A stretch of 61,168 bases of DNA, filler included. It is 6 parts of 6 records of this genome, joined end to end, with 100 filler letters (N's around TTAATTAATTAA, not from the genome) between each part and the next. Parts side by side here need not be neighbours in the genome. Positions count along the whole stretch, not along the records: positions 48,856 to 54,728 come from SRR2962707_2294; positions 54,829 to 61,168 come from SRR2962707_2317; 4 more parts are not named here. One strand, written 5' to 3'. The position numbers were made by a program, and so were the translations under genes. Positions 51,536 through 60,091 of this stretch are shown here, piece after piece (the stretch's first letter is position 1; the number at the start of each line of letters is the position of its first letter). Under the pieces are notes generated by a model, which made no database searches, had not been told where the DNA came from, and saw nothing but the letters and a program-made list of their open reading frames with translations.

Positions 51536-53017
51536 ATGGAACGTCCACATCTTAAATTGCCCCCATGGGCCAAATCGCTTTCCGCGCGCCTTCTGGTGCT
51601 TACGGTAAGCTTTATCATGCTTGCAGAGATCTTTGTCTTTGCGCCATCGGTGGCACGTTTCCGGATCGATTGGCTCAAGGCGCATCTGGATTCCGGCTAT
51701 CTCGCTGCACTTGCGCTTGAAGCCACCCCTGATCAAATGATCCCGGATGACCTTGAAAAAGAACTGCTTTCAAACGCGGGGCTTGAGGCCGTTATCCTGC
51801 GTCGTGAAGATCGTAAATTACTGCTGCAGCGCGACGATATGCCCGCCAAAGTCGACAAGGATGTCGATCTGACGGAGTTTTCCATCATCATGGCCTTAAT
51901 GGAAGGCGTGTCTACCTTGTCGCAAAGCGAAGATCGCATGCTGCGTGTGGTTGGCATGCCGTCGATGGCACCGGACTTTGAAATCGAAGTGCTGGTGCAT
52001 GAAAAGACCCTGACCGATGCAATGCGCAATTTCGGCTGGCGGGTATTTGGCCTGTCGTTGATGATTTCGTTCTTTACCGCCGGACTGGTCTACTTCGCAC
52101 TTAACCGTCTGATGGTCCGTCCGATGCGCACGCTGACCCGTGACATGATCCGGTTCCGCGAAAATCCGCAGGATAAGGCATCAGTGATTACGCCGGGTCT
52201 GCGCGATGATGAAATTGGCGTCGCACGTCAGGAACTTGCAATCATGCAGCAAGACATTCAGGCAATGTTAAATCAGCGCCGTCGTCTTGCCGCCCTTGGT
52301 ACAGCCGCAACCAAGATCAGCCACGATCTGCGCAATGCCCTGGCGACATCGATGCTGATGACCGAACAGCTTGCCAAAAGCGAAGATGACGAAGTCCGTG
52401 CTGTCGTCCCGCGCCTTTTATCGTCGATGGAGCGTGCCGTTTACATCAGCGAACAAACCCTGTCATTTGCCCGTGACACACCGCCACCGCGTGATTTGGC
52501 AAAGTTCACCCTGATCGAGTTGATTGAAGAAGTCCGCGATCAGATATTGCTGCAAAAATCCGAACCCCTTCTGGACGGCCACACGCCAGAAACGGTCAAA
52601 GATGCGCTTCCGTGCAGTGCGCGCATTCAAATCGACCTTCCCGACGATGTCATGCTTGAAGCCGATTACGACATGCTGTTTCGCGCGTTTAGCAACCTGA
52701 TGCGAAACCCGCTAGAAGCTGGCGCGGATGAAGTGATCATTACGTACAAACTGGGCTCAGCATTAAACCAATCGGACGAATCGAAGAAGCAGACCAATTT
52801 GATCGATGTTTTTATCAATGATAACGGTCCCGGATTGCCAGAGAAGGCGATCAAGAACCTGTTTGTCCCGTTCGCCGGAAGTGGTCGCACCGGCGGAACC
52901 GGGCTTGGCCTTGCCATCGCGCGAGAATTGATAAGCACACATAATGGCGACCTTCACCTTGTCTCAACCGGACCGAATGGTGCTGTTTTCTGTGTAAAAC
53001 TGCCATATCTTGCCTGA
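51536..53017 (+). CDS. Membrane sensor histidine kinase (HAMP-HisKA-HATPase)
   Basis: Two TM helices, RDDEIG HAMP, SHDLRN H-box, NLMRN, DNGPG, GTGLGL. Confidence 0.93.
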   Translation: MERPHLKLPPWAKSLSARLLVLTVSFIMLAEIFVFAPSVARFRIDWLKAHLDSGYLAALALEATPDQMIPDDLEKELLSNAGLEAVILRREDRKLLLQRDDMPAKVDKDVDLTEFSIIMALMEGVSTLSQSEDRMLRVVGMPSMAPDFEIEVLVHEKTLTDAMRNFGWRVFGLSLMISFFTAGLVYFALNRLMVRPMRTLTRDMIRFRENPQDKASVITPGLRDDEIGVARQELAIMQQDIQAMLNQRRRLAALGTAATKISHDLRNALATSMLMTEQLAKSEDDEVRAVVPRLLSSMERAVYISEQTLSFARDTPPPRDLAKFTLIELIEEVRDQILLQKSEPLLDGHTPETVKDALPCSARIQIDLPDDVMLEADYDMLFRAFSNLMRNPLEAGADEVIITYKLGSALNQSDESKKQTNLIDVFINDNGPGLPEKAIKNLFVPFAGSGRTGGTGLGLAIARELISTHNGDLHLVSTGPNGAVFCVKLPYLA

Positions 53018-53048
53018 TCTCACGTTGTGCTTCGACCGCAGCACACCT

Positions 53049-53073
53049 AATCGATAGTTTTTACCTATCGATT
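53049..53073. promoter_or_regulatory. LysR/OxyR-type palindromic operator
   Basis: AATCGATAG-TTTTTAC-CTATCGATT, a perfect 9-bp inverted repeat containing ATAG-N7-CTAT (T-N11-A). Confidence 0.7.
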
Positions 53074-53114
53074 TTTATTTAATATTCGATTTTATCTTCT
53101 TACCAAGATTTGGC

Positions 53115-53376
53115 ACCTTGAAGTCAAGGCGATGCCGGGCCGAAATCCTGATCCCCGATCCGCTCCTGACCCAAGGTTCGGCATCGCCAAACTGATTTAC
53201 CTTCCGATCATGATCAGAAGTATCAACGATGGCGCCCCGACATAAACCCGGCGGCACGCTTTACGGTTGATACAAGATCGAAGGCAACGTCCATAATCCT
53301 TGCCGGATTATCATCGAGGGGCTGCACCCGGCCCCGACCCTCAACCCCTTGCCTTCGGGCAAGGGGTGTCTTTTTT
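53115..53376 (+). ncRNA. Candidate structured small RNA
   Basis: Four consecutive stem-loops, then a UUCG-capped terminator with a U tract, in an interval without a convincing ORF. Confidence 0.45.
53344..53376 (+). terminator. Intrinsic terminator
   Basis: ACCCCTTGCC-TTCG-GGCAAGGGGT-GTC-TTTTTT. Confidence 0.88.
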
Positions 53377-53390
53377 CAGGCACCAATTCA

Positions 53391-53999
53391 TCACTTTGGC
53401 CGCACAAACGAATTACGGATGTCGTCGATCTTTGGGCGCAGGAAACATCCATCTGCGTGATCGTTAATCAGCCCCATAGCCTGCATAAAGGCAAACACCG
53501 TTGTCGGTCCGACAAATTTCCAACCTCGCTTTTTAAGGTCCTTGGACAAGGCAACAGATGTCGGGGATGTCGACATTGTTTGTGGTGTTTGCACTTCTGA
53601 CGGATCGGGTTCAAACCCCCAGAAATAAGCAGCAAGGGATCCTTCGTGTTCAACCATCTCGCACGCACGTTTGGCATTGTTAATTGCCGCTTCGATCTTG
53701 CCGCGATGGCGGATGATCCCTGCATCACTCACAAGGCGTTCGACATCAGCTTCATCAAATGCAGCAACCTTATAGAAATCAAATCCCTTGAATGCCGCGC
53801 GGAAGTTCTCACGTTTCGCCAAAATGGTCCGCCAACTTAACCCCGACTGGAAACCTTCAAGACACACCTTTTCAAACAATCTCTGATCATCGGAAACCGG
53901 AAAACCCCATTCCGCGTCGTGATAAGCATTAAATTCCGGTGCTGCATCACACCACGAACACCGACATTTTCCATCTGCACTGATTGTTGTTTTGCTCAT
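53391..53999 (-). CDS. tag: DNA-3-methyladenine glycosylase I
   Basis: RCSW, YHDAEWG, LEGFQSGLSW, IIRHRGKI, FVGPTT, DH...C. Confidence 0.96.
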   Translation of the reverse strand: MSKTTISADGKCRCSWCDAAPEFNAYHDAEWGFPVSDDQRLFEKVCLEGFQSGLSWRTILAKRENFRAAFKGFDFYKVAAFDEADVERLVSDAGIIRHRGKIEAAINNAKRACEMVEHEGSLAAYFWGFEPDPSEVQTPQTMSTSPTSVALSKDLKKRGWKFVGPTTVFAFMQAMGLINDHADGCFLRPKIDDIRNSFVRPK

Positions 54000-54002
54000 T
54001 GA

Positions 54003-54290
54003 TCAGGCCATCAGAAATTCAAGCTGCGGGTCAACACGTGCAGGCGTAATTTCAAGGATTTCGGCATCCACAATCCCCTCAACCACGAACGGATCCGCAT
54101 TCACAAATGTTTCCAGTGCATCCCGGGTTAGCCCATGGGCCAGAATTGCACCGCCCTTATTGGGCTGCAAACTGCCAACCATCAGGAACACGCCATCGTC
54201 AAACCCCTGTTTGATCCATGCTTTATGTCCCTCCATGAAATCCGGGGCTTTTGCGCGGTTATCCGCAAATTTCAATAAAACGGTGAACAT
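54003..54290 (-). CDS. YciI family protein
   Basis: H..W, G.F...G, GGAI, DPFV. Confidence 0.88.
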   Translation of the reverse strand: MFTVLLKFADNRAKAPDFMEGHKAWIKQGFDDGVFLMVGSLQPNKGGAILAHGLTRDALETFVNADPFVVEGIVDAEILEITPARVDPQLEFLMA

Positions 54291-54313
54291 GGTTTTCTCC
54301 CTGCTTTAAGTGC

Positions 54314-54728
54314 CTAGACGCTTTTAGCCGTCTCATCAGATGAACCGCCCAATGATGCAATCTGCGCATCAAGCCAATCACACATCACATCAACTTCGCG
54401 CTTTAAAAACCCGTCATCGTCAAAGGCATTGGCAAGTGTTGCCACACCTTGGCTTCGGCCAAGGATATGCATCGCAAGGCTGTCTGATTTCGCGCCAAAA
54501 CCTAGGCGCTCGAACTGTCGGCACAGCCAGCTTCGAAACAGGGTAAAAAGTCCTGCGGCATCGCTTTGTGCTGAATGATTGAGCTTGGCCAGCTCCGACG
54601 ACAATGTTCCGACCGGGCAGCCATATCTTCGGATTTTCTCGCCATTGACGATCAGGATATGGATGAAGCTTCGGATGCGCTCAGCCGGGTCATTGCCTTC
54701 AATCTCCCAACGATCAAGCATCTGTTCG
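54314..54728 (-). CDS. TetR family regulator, C-terminal part (5' truncated)
   Basis: YGCPVGTL..EL and QG...LA typical of the NemR-like TetR C-terminal domain. Confidence 0.82.
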
Positions 54729-54828
54729 NNNNNNNNNNNNNNNNNNNNNNNNNNNNNNNNNNNNNNNNNNNNTTAATTAATTAANNNNNNNNNNNNNNNN
54801 NNNNNNNNNNNNNNNNNNNNNNNNNNNN
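54729..54828. other. Artificial contig-joining spacer
   Basis: N / TTAATTAATTAA / N. Confidence 0.99.
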
Positions 54829-55587
54829 ATACTGATAGGCATCATGAAAAACGATAAAACGGATCCCCTCGATTCGATCTGCCCGCTCTTGCAATGAAGC
54901 GATCAAGTTGTCCATCGACTGGGCAAAATCCTTGGCGTTGTTCTGATAGACGCTGGCATTCGCCGGATCAACTTCCGAGAGGGCCTGGGCAATTTTAGCG
55001 GACCAGATTTTCGCATTCATCGGATCCAGCCAGGCGTGAGGGTCATGCTCTCCATGGTGGTGGCCGTCATGCCCGGCGTGGTGGTCCTCGTGATGCTCAT
55101 CTTGATGTTCATCATGCGCATCTTGGTGTTCATCATGCTCATCATGGTGCTGATCGTGACCATCCTGCCCCTCGCCGTGCGAATCGTGGCCGCCTTCTGC
55201 ACCATGTTCACCATGAGCGTGCGCTTCGAACGTTGCCCCTTCCCGGAACCCGTATTTGACCGTCTCGGACAACTCCAGCATTTCGACCCTGGTTGCTGAA
55301 CCTGCCAGGTTCTCCAGAGAGTTCTCCAGCCAGGGCGTCAGCTCACCACTGATCCAGAAAACCACCTGCGCTTCGGCAAGTGCTTCGGCCTCTGATGGAC
55401 GGAGGGAATAACTGTGAGGTGACGCCTCAGGCTGAATCAGCAGCTCTGGTTCTCCGACCCCTTTCATCACTTGAGTCACAACGGAGTGCAGCGGGGCGAT
55501 ATCGACCGCGACTCTGGGAGCGGATGCCCAGCTACTGACGGGCAAAAGACTGAGCACGGCACCTGCAAGGAAAATCGGTCGGATCAT
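54829..55587 (-). CDS. znuA: Zinc ABC transporter substrate-binding protein (3' truncated)
   Basis: Signal peptide, SPHSYSLRPS, long His/Asp/Glu loop, DPHAWLDP, FHDAYQY. Confidence 0.95.
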
Positions 55588-55639
55588 TGGGTACTCCTGA
55601 AAGGTTGTGGTTTGTTTGCGATCAGTTCACGTGACGCTC

Positions 55640-55662
55640 AAAATGTTATGTTATAACATATC
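55640..55662. promoter_or_regulatory. Zur box between divergent znuA and znuC
   Basis: AAAATGTTATGTTATAACATATC matches the proteobacterial Zur palindrome AATGTTATA-N-TATAACATT. Confidence 0.9.
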
Positions 55663-55741
55663 TTTTCAATTGAGAAATCAAAGCCAGTAACTGTCGACAC
55701 AAACTGACAACTGGAGAAAAGATGCCCACAAGGATTTATCG

Positions 55742-56473
55742 ATGCTGATTCAAGCTCACAACCTGTCGGTTCAGATCAGCAAAACCTCGATATTGAAAAA
55801 TATCGACCTGCAGGTTGATCGCGGCCAGATCGTCACCGTCATTGGTCCTAACGGATCCGGCAAGTCCACCCTGCTGAAAACGCTCATTGGCGCTCTGCAA
55901 CCTTCAGAAGGCGAGATCATCCGCGCACCCGGTCTTTCAATCGGCTATGTACCGCAGCGACTCCACATTGATGAAACCCTGCCGATGACCGTGCAACGCT
56001 TTCTGCAACTCCCGAACCGTGCCTCAACGGATGCGATCCGGGAGACCATGGCACAGGCCGGTTTGCCAGAACTTCTGCGCCAACAGTTGATGTCTCTGTC
56101 GGGAGGCCAGCTTCAGCGAGTATTGCTGGCACGGGCGCTGCTTGAAAAACCCGATCTTCTGCTACTTGATGAGCCGACCCAGGGGCTTGACCGCCGTGGT
56201 ACGGCGGACTTCTATCGACAGATCGAGCAAATTCGGCAGTCCCTGAACTGTGGCGTGATCATGGTCAGCCACGACCTTCAAGTCGTCATGCGCCGGTCCG
56301 AGTGGGTGATCTGCCTGAACGGGCACGTCTGCTGCGAAGGTAAACCGGAACTTGTCAGTAGCTCCGCGGAGTATCGCGCGCTGTTCGGCTTCGACGAGGA
56401 TGATGAATCGCTGGCGCTCTATAGCCACAGAGGGCATTACCAAGGAAGTGGCGACATACGGGAGGCGGGCTGA
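55742..56473 (+). CDS. znuC: Zinc ABC transporter ATP-binding protein
   Basis: GPNGSGKS, GYVPQ, LSGGQ, LLDEP, SHDL, CLNGHVCC.G.P, LYSH. Confidence 0.95.
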   Translation: MLIQAHNLSVQISKTSILKNIDLQVDRGQIVTVIGPNGSGKSTLLKTLIGALQPSEGEIIRAPGLSIGYVPQRLHIDETLPMTVQRFLQLPNRASTDAIRETMAQAGLPELLRQQLMSLSGGQLQRVLLARALLEKPDLLLLDEPTQGLDRRGTADFYRQIEQIRQSLNCGVIMVSHDLQVVMRRSEWVICLNGHVCCEGKPELVSSSAEYRALFGFDEDDESLALYSHRGHYQGSGDIREAG

Positions 56474-57300
56474 TGCTTGACGATTTCCTGATGAGGGCCG
56501 CACTGGCAGGCGTTGGTGTATCTCTGGCCGCAGCGCCTCTGGGCTGCTTTATCGTGTGGCGGCGCATGGCGTATTTTGGCGATGCCACCGCACACGCGGC
56601 GATGCTGGGTGTCGCCCTGTCACTGACTCTCTCCACACCGATTTTCGCCGGCGTGCTGATGATATCGCTCCTGATGGCGGTGACTGTCTCGACACTGAGC
56701 GGCCGGGGATATGCCATGGACACCTTGCTCGGCGTTATGGCTCACTCTGCGCTGGCGGTAGGGCTGGTCGCCGTCTCGTTTCTGTCGGGAGTAAGAATCG
56801 ATCTGATGGCCTACCTGTTCGGAGATATCCTTGCCGTGGGCAAAACAGATCTGGCCGTTATCTGGGGCGGTGCTGCCCTGGTTCTTGTTATGATCGGATA
56901 TCGATGGTCTGCTCTGCTATTATCAACCCTGAGTCCTGACCTGGCACTTGCCAGCGGAATATCGCCGCGCCGGGAGCAGCTGGTGCTGACGATCGCTCTT
57001 GCGATTGTGGTGGCAGTGGCAATCAAGGTGGTCGGTGTTCTGCTGATCGCCGCCATGCTCATCATCCCCGCAGCCACCGCGCGTCGATTCAGCCGGACGC
57101 CGGAAGCCATGGCGGTCATGGCTGCCATAATTGGTGTTTGCGCCAATATTGCAGGTCTGGCGTTATCCTATCACTTCGATTCGCCAACCGGGCCAACCAT
57201 TGTGTGCGTTGTCGCCTTCCTGTTCGTGGCCTTGAATGTGGTAAACGCCGTATTCCGTCGGACGAACCGTCAATTGTCAAACGGTCAGAACGTGGCATAG
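56473..57300 (+). CDS. znuB: Zinc ABC transporter permease
   Basis: PLGCFIVWRRMAYFGD, YLFGDIL, KVVGVLLI.A.LIIPAA. Confidence 0.95.
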   Translation: MLDDFLMRAALAGVGVSLAAAPLGCFIVWRRMAYFGDATAHAAMLGVALSLTLSTPIFAGVLMISLLMAVTVSTLSGRGYAMDTLLGVMAHSALAVGLVAVSFLSGVRIDLMAYLFGDILAVGKTDLAVIWGGAALVLVMIGYRWSALLLSTLSPDLALASGISPRREQLVLTIALAIVVAVAIKVVGVLLIAAMLIIPAATARRFSRTPEAMAVMAAIIGVCANIAGLALSYHFDSPTGPTIVCVVAFLFVALNVVNAVFRRTNRQLSNGQNVA

Positions 57301-57311
57301 AGACTCAGAAA

Positions 57312-58646
57312 ATGAAGATCTTCTCATTGTTTTCAACCCTCCAGAAAATTGCGCTTGCCCTGGCGGCCGCCATTCTGTTGACGGCAAACCTGTTGCCACT
57401 CAAATCGTCGCCGGCAATGGCCGCTGTGCCATCGGAAACGCCGGAGCTCGGGAACCAAACAGCTTCAGCTCCGGCAGAGGCCGTTGAACCCGCCGGCACA
57501 GAAGACCGGCAGGCGGCGGAGCGCCCTAAGGGGAAAACCGTTGATTGGCGTGTGGAAACTGGAGACACGTTAAGCCGAATTTTCCGCGCAAACAACGCGC
57601 CTTTGGAGGACCTCCAGGAGATTCTGGCAGCAGACGCCGAGTATCTGCATCTGGAAACCCTGAAGCCCGGAACCCGACTCGTACTGCACTTCAATGAGCA
57701 AGGCCAGTTTTCAGAACTGATTCTGTTTCTCGACCCGGCGCGCCACGTGACCTACTCGCGCCAACCCGATGGCGCCTTCGTGCATCAGGCCTTTGAGGAA
57801 GAAACGTTTTGGGTCTCCGAGGTACTCAGGGGCACCATCAATGGCAGTTTCTACGCCTCGGCTATGCAAGCAGGCATAACCCAGTCGCAGATCCTTCTGA
57901 TCGACCAGCTTCTGGGAAGCCAACTCAATTTCCGCAGGGATCTACGGGCCGGCGATCGGTTCTCCGTCATTGTTGGCCACGAAATGACGGCCACCGAAAG
58001 CACTGGGAAGACCCGCATCGAAGCCCTGTCTCTGGAACGCAGTGCCAGAACCCATTACGCCTTTCTTTATGACGACGGTAATTATTACGACGAGAATGGC
58101 GAGAGTGTGACGCCCGCTTTTCTGCGACTGCCCACCCAAAAGCGTTACCGTGTGAGCTCCCATTTCAATCCCAGGCGATTGCACCCGGTGACCGGACGCA
58201 TCTCCCCCCACAACGGTGTGGATCTTGCCACGCCAACAGGCACGCCCATTCTCAGCACCGGAGACGGTATTGTGGCCCGGATCGGCAATCACCCTTACGC
58301 TGGCAAGTACATCGACATTGATCATGGGGGCACGCACACCACACGGTACCTGCATCTCCATAAGATCCTGGTTCGTAAAGGCGCCGCGATAGAGCGCGGA
58401 CAGAAAATTGCCTTGTCAGGAAATACCGGGCGCAGCACCGGCCCGCACCTTCATTTTGAGTTCCACATCAATGGTCGCCCGGTTGATCCGCTGACGGCCG
58501 ATATCCCGACCGCCGCAGCCATTCCGGAAACGGAGATTGCATCCTTCAAGAGAAAACTCCGCGAACAAAGGACAGTCATGAAACATGCCGCAAGCCGGTC
58601 AGAGCTAGCTATGACCCAGGGGTTGCCGGAGTTCGACGAAACCTGA
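57312..58646 (+). CDS. M23 family murein DD-endopeptidase (MepM/ShyB-like; LysM-like, Csd3_N2 and M23 domains)
   Basis: VETGDTLSRIF, G.INGSFY.SA, R.HPVTG...PHNGVD (HxxxD), YLHL, STGPHLHFE (HxH). Confidence 0.92.
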   Translation: MKIFSLFSTLQKIALALAAAILLTANLLPLKSSPAMAAVPSETPELGNQTASAPAEAVEPAGTEDRQAAERPKGKTVDWRVETGDTLSRIFRANNAPLEDLQEILAADAEYLHLETLKPGTRLVLHFNEQGQFSELILFLDPARHVTYSRQPDGAFVHQAFEEETFWVSEVLRGTINGSFYASAMQAGITQSQILLIDQLLGSQLNFRRDLRAGDRFSVIVGHEMTATESTGKTRIEALSLERSARTHYAFLYDDGNYYDENGESVTPAFLRLPTQKRYRVSSHFNPRRLHPVTGRISPHNGVDLATPTGTPILSTGDGIVARIGNHPYAGKYIDIDHGGTHTTRYLHLHKILVRKGAAIERGQKIALSGNTGRSTGPHLHFEFHINGRPVDPLTADIPTAAAIPETEIASFKRKLREQRTVMKHAASRSELAMTQGLPEFDET

Positions 58647-58665
58647 CACCACGAGCGCGACGCGA

Positions 58666-59322
58666 CTACCCCTGTCGCAACCTTCCCAGCAGTTCTTCCA
58701 ATCGTTGGGGATCGCCCACCGTGTCGGTCCATTGCAAACTGGCCGGCTTCCCATTCAGGTACCACAGACGGTTAGCCAGACTCACGACATCTTTGTCATC
58801 GTGAGTCACACAGATCATCGCCATATCCGGCTGCGCGTCCAGAATCCCGGAGACCAGCGCTTTGAGTTCCGCGACCATGATCGGATCCAGCGAGGCAAAC
58901 GGCTCGTCCAGCAACAGCAGGTCCGGTTTAACAGCCAGGCATCGCGCCAAGGCTGCTCGCCTGGCCATTCCCAGGGATAACTGGTCTGGCAGATAGGCCC
59001 CGTAACCGGCGAGGCCAACCTGCATCAGCAATTCCTCGGCTTCCCGTTTGCTGGCGCCAACCAGCCTGAGGTTCGACATCAGGCTCTTCCAGGGCAGCAG
59101 GCGATGCTCCTGAAACAGGTACCCCACCCGAAGCACCTCACGCCCCAGCACGGCCGATTCCGGAATCGATTTATCAAGACCGGCAATGGCATTCAGCAGT
59201 GTGGTCTTGCCAATGCCCGACGGGCCCATCAGACAGATACGGTCGCCCCGTTCGATACCCACAAAGATCTCACCCAGCACCGGCTGACCGAAATCCCGAC
59301 CGGCGATCCGCAGCTCAAGCAT
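58666..59322 (-). CDS. NitT/TauT-type ABC transporter ATPase
   Basis: GPSGIGKT, FQE.RLLPW, LSLGM, LLDEPF, VTHD. Confidence 0.9.
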   Translation of the reverse strand: MLELRIAGRDFGQPVLGEIFVGIERGDRICLMGPSGIGKTTLLNAIAGLDKSIPESAVLGREVLRVGYLFQEHRLLPWKSLMSNLRLVGASKREAEELLMQVGLAGYGAYLPDQLSLGMARRAALARCLAVKPDLLLLDEPFASLDPIMVAELKALVSGILDAQPDMAMICVTHDDKDVVSLANRLWYLNGKPASLQWTDTVGDPQRLEELLGRLRQG

Positions 59323-60091
59323 GGACCGACTCCGGTTGGCGCCATCTGCTGGAACGGTTTTCAAGTGGCTGCAGTATTGCGAGCTCGATCAGTTGCACCA
59401 CGGCGATAAACGCCAGACTGTATGCCAGGATGGCGGACACATCGAACACCTGGAACGCCATGTGCAACTGAAATCCGACCCCATTCGACCGGCCGAGCAA
59501 CTCGACGACCAGGACAATCTTCCAGATCAGCGCCAAACCTCCTCTGGTCGCCACCATCAGGTAGGGGAAAAGCTGGGGCATCCAGACGTCACGCAACCGC
59601 TGCCATAGGGAGAATCGGTACACGCTGGCCATTTGCTCAAGCCGGTAATCAAGGCTCCGGGCTCCTTCCCTCACCGTCACTGCGACATTGGGTATCTTGT
59701 TTACAACGACGGCCATCACAGCCGCAGCTTCCACCAGTCCGAACCAGACGTACATCAGAATGATGGTCACCAGAGCAGGCAGGTTAAGCATGAGCACCAG
59801 CAGAGGATCGAATAGCGCATTGAAGGTGCGTGATCGCCCCGACGCCAGGCCAATAGCGGTACCGAGCAGCATCGCCAGGGAAAACGCCACGATAACGCGG
59901 GACAACGTTGCTCCCAGGTGCATCCAGAGCTGGCCTGAGGAGGACTCTCTGACAAGGGTTTCCAGTACCTCCATCGGACCCGGCAACAACGGGGAACCCA
60001 GATATCCTGCAGTCATCGCCCACAAAACCATCAGTCCAGGCAGCACAATCCAGTAGCTCCAGACCGGCGGGCGGTGCGTCCCCACGTTCAT
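59315..60091 (-). CDS. NitT/TauT-type ABC transporter permease
   Basis: LPGP..V, TLSRV, WKIVLVVELLG..NGVG. Confidence 0.9.
   Translation of the reverse strand: MNVGTHRPPVWSYWIVLPGLMVLWAMTAGYLGSPLLPGPMEVLETLVRESSSGQLWMHLGATLSRVIVAFSLAMLLGTAIGLASGRSRTFNALFDPLLVLMLNLPALVTIILMYVWFGLVEAAAVMAVVVNKIPNVAVTVREGARSLDYRLEQMASVYRFSLWQRLRDVWMPQLFPYLMVATRGGLALIWKIVLVVELLGRSNGVGFQLHMAFQVFDVSAILAYSLAFIAVVQLIELAILQPLENRSSRWRQPESVHA

Noticed and set aside
53110-53126. Possible sigma54 promoter (TTGGCAC) ahead of the candidate sRNA
   Set aside because: The -12 TTGC element is absent at the required spacing.
10897-54828. Five identical TTAATTAATTAA motifs inside N runs, superficially a repeat family
   Set aside because: Artificial six-frame-stop linkers; gene adjacency across them has no biological meaning.
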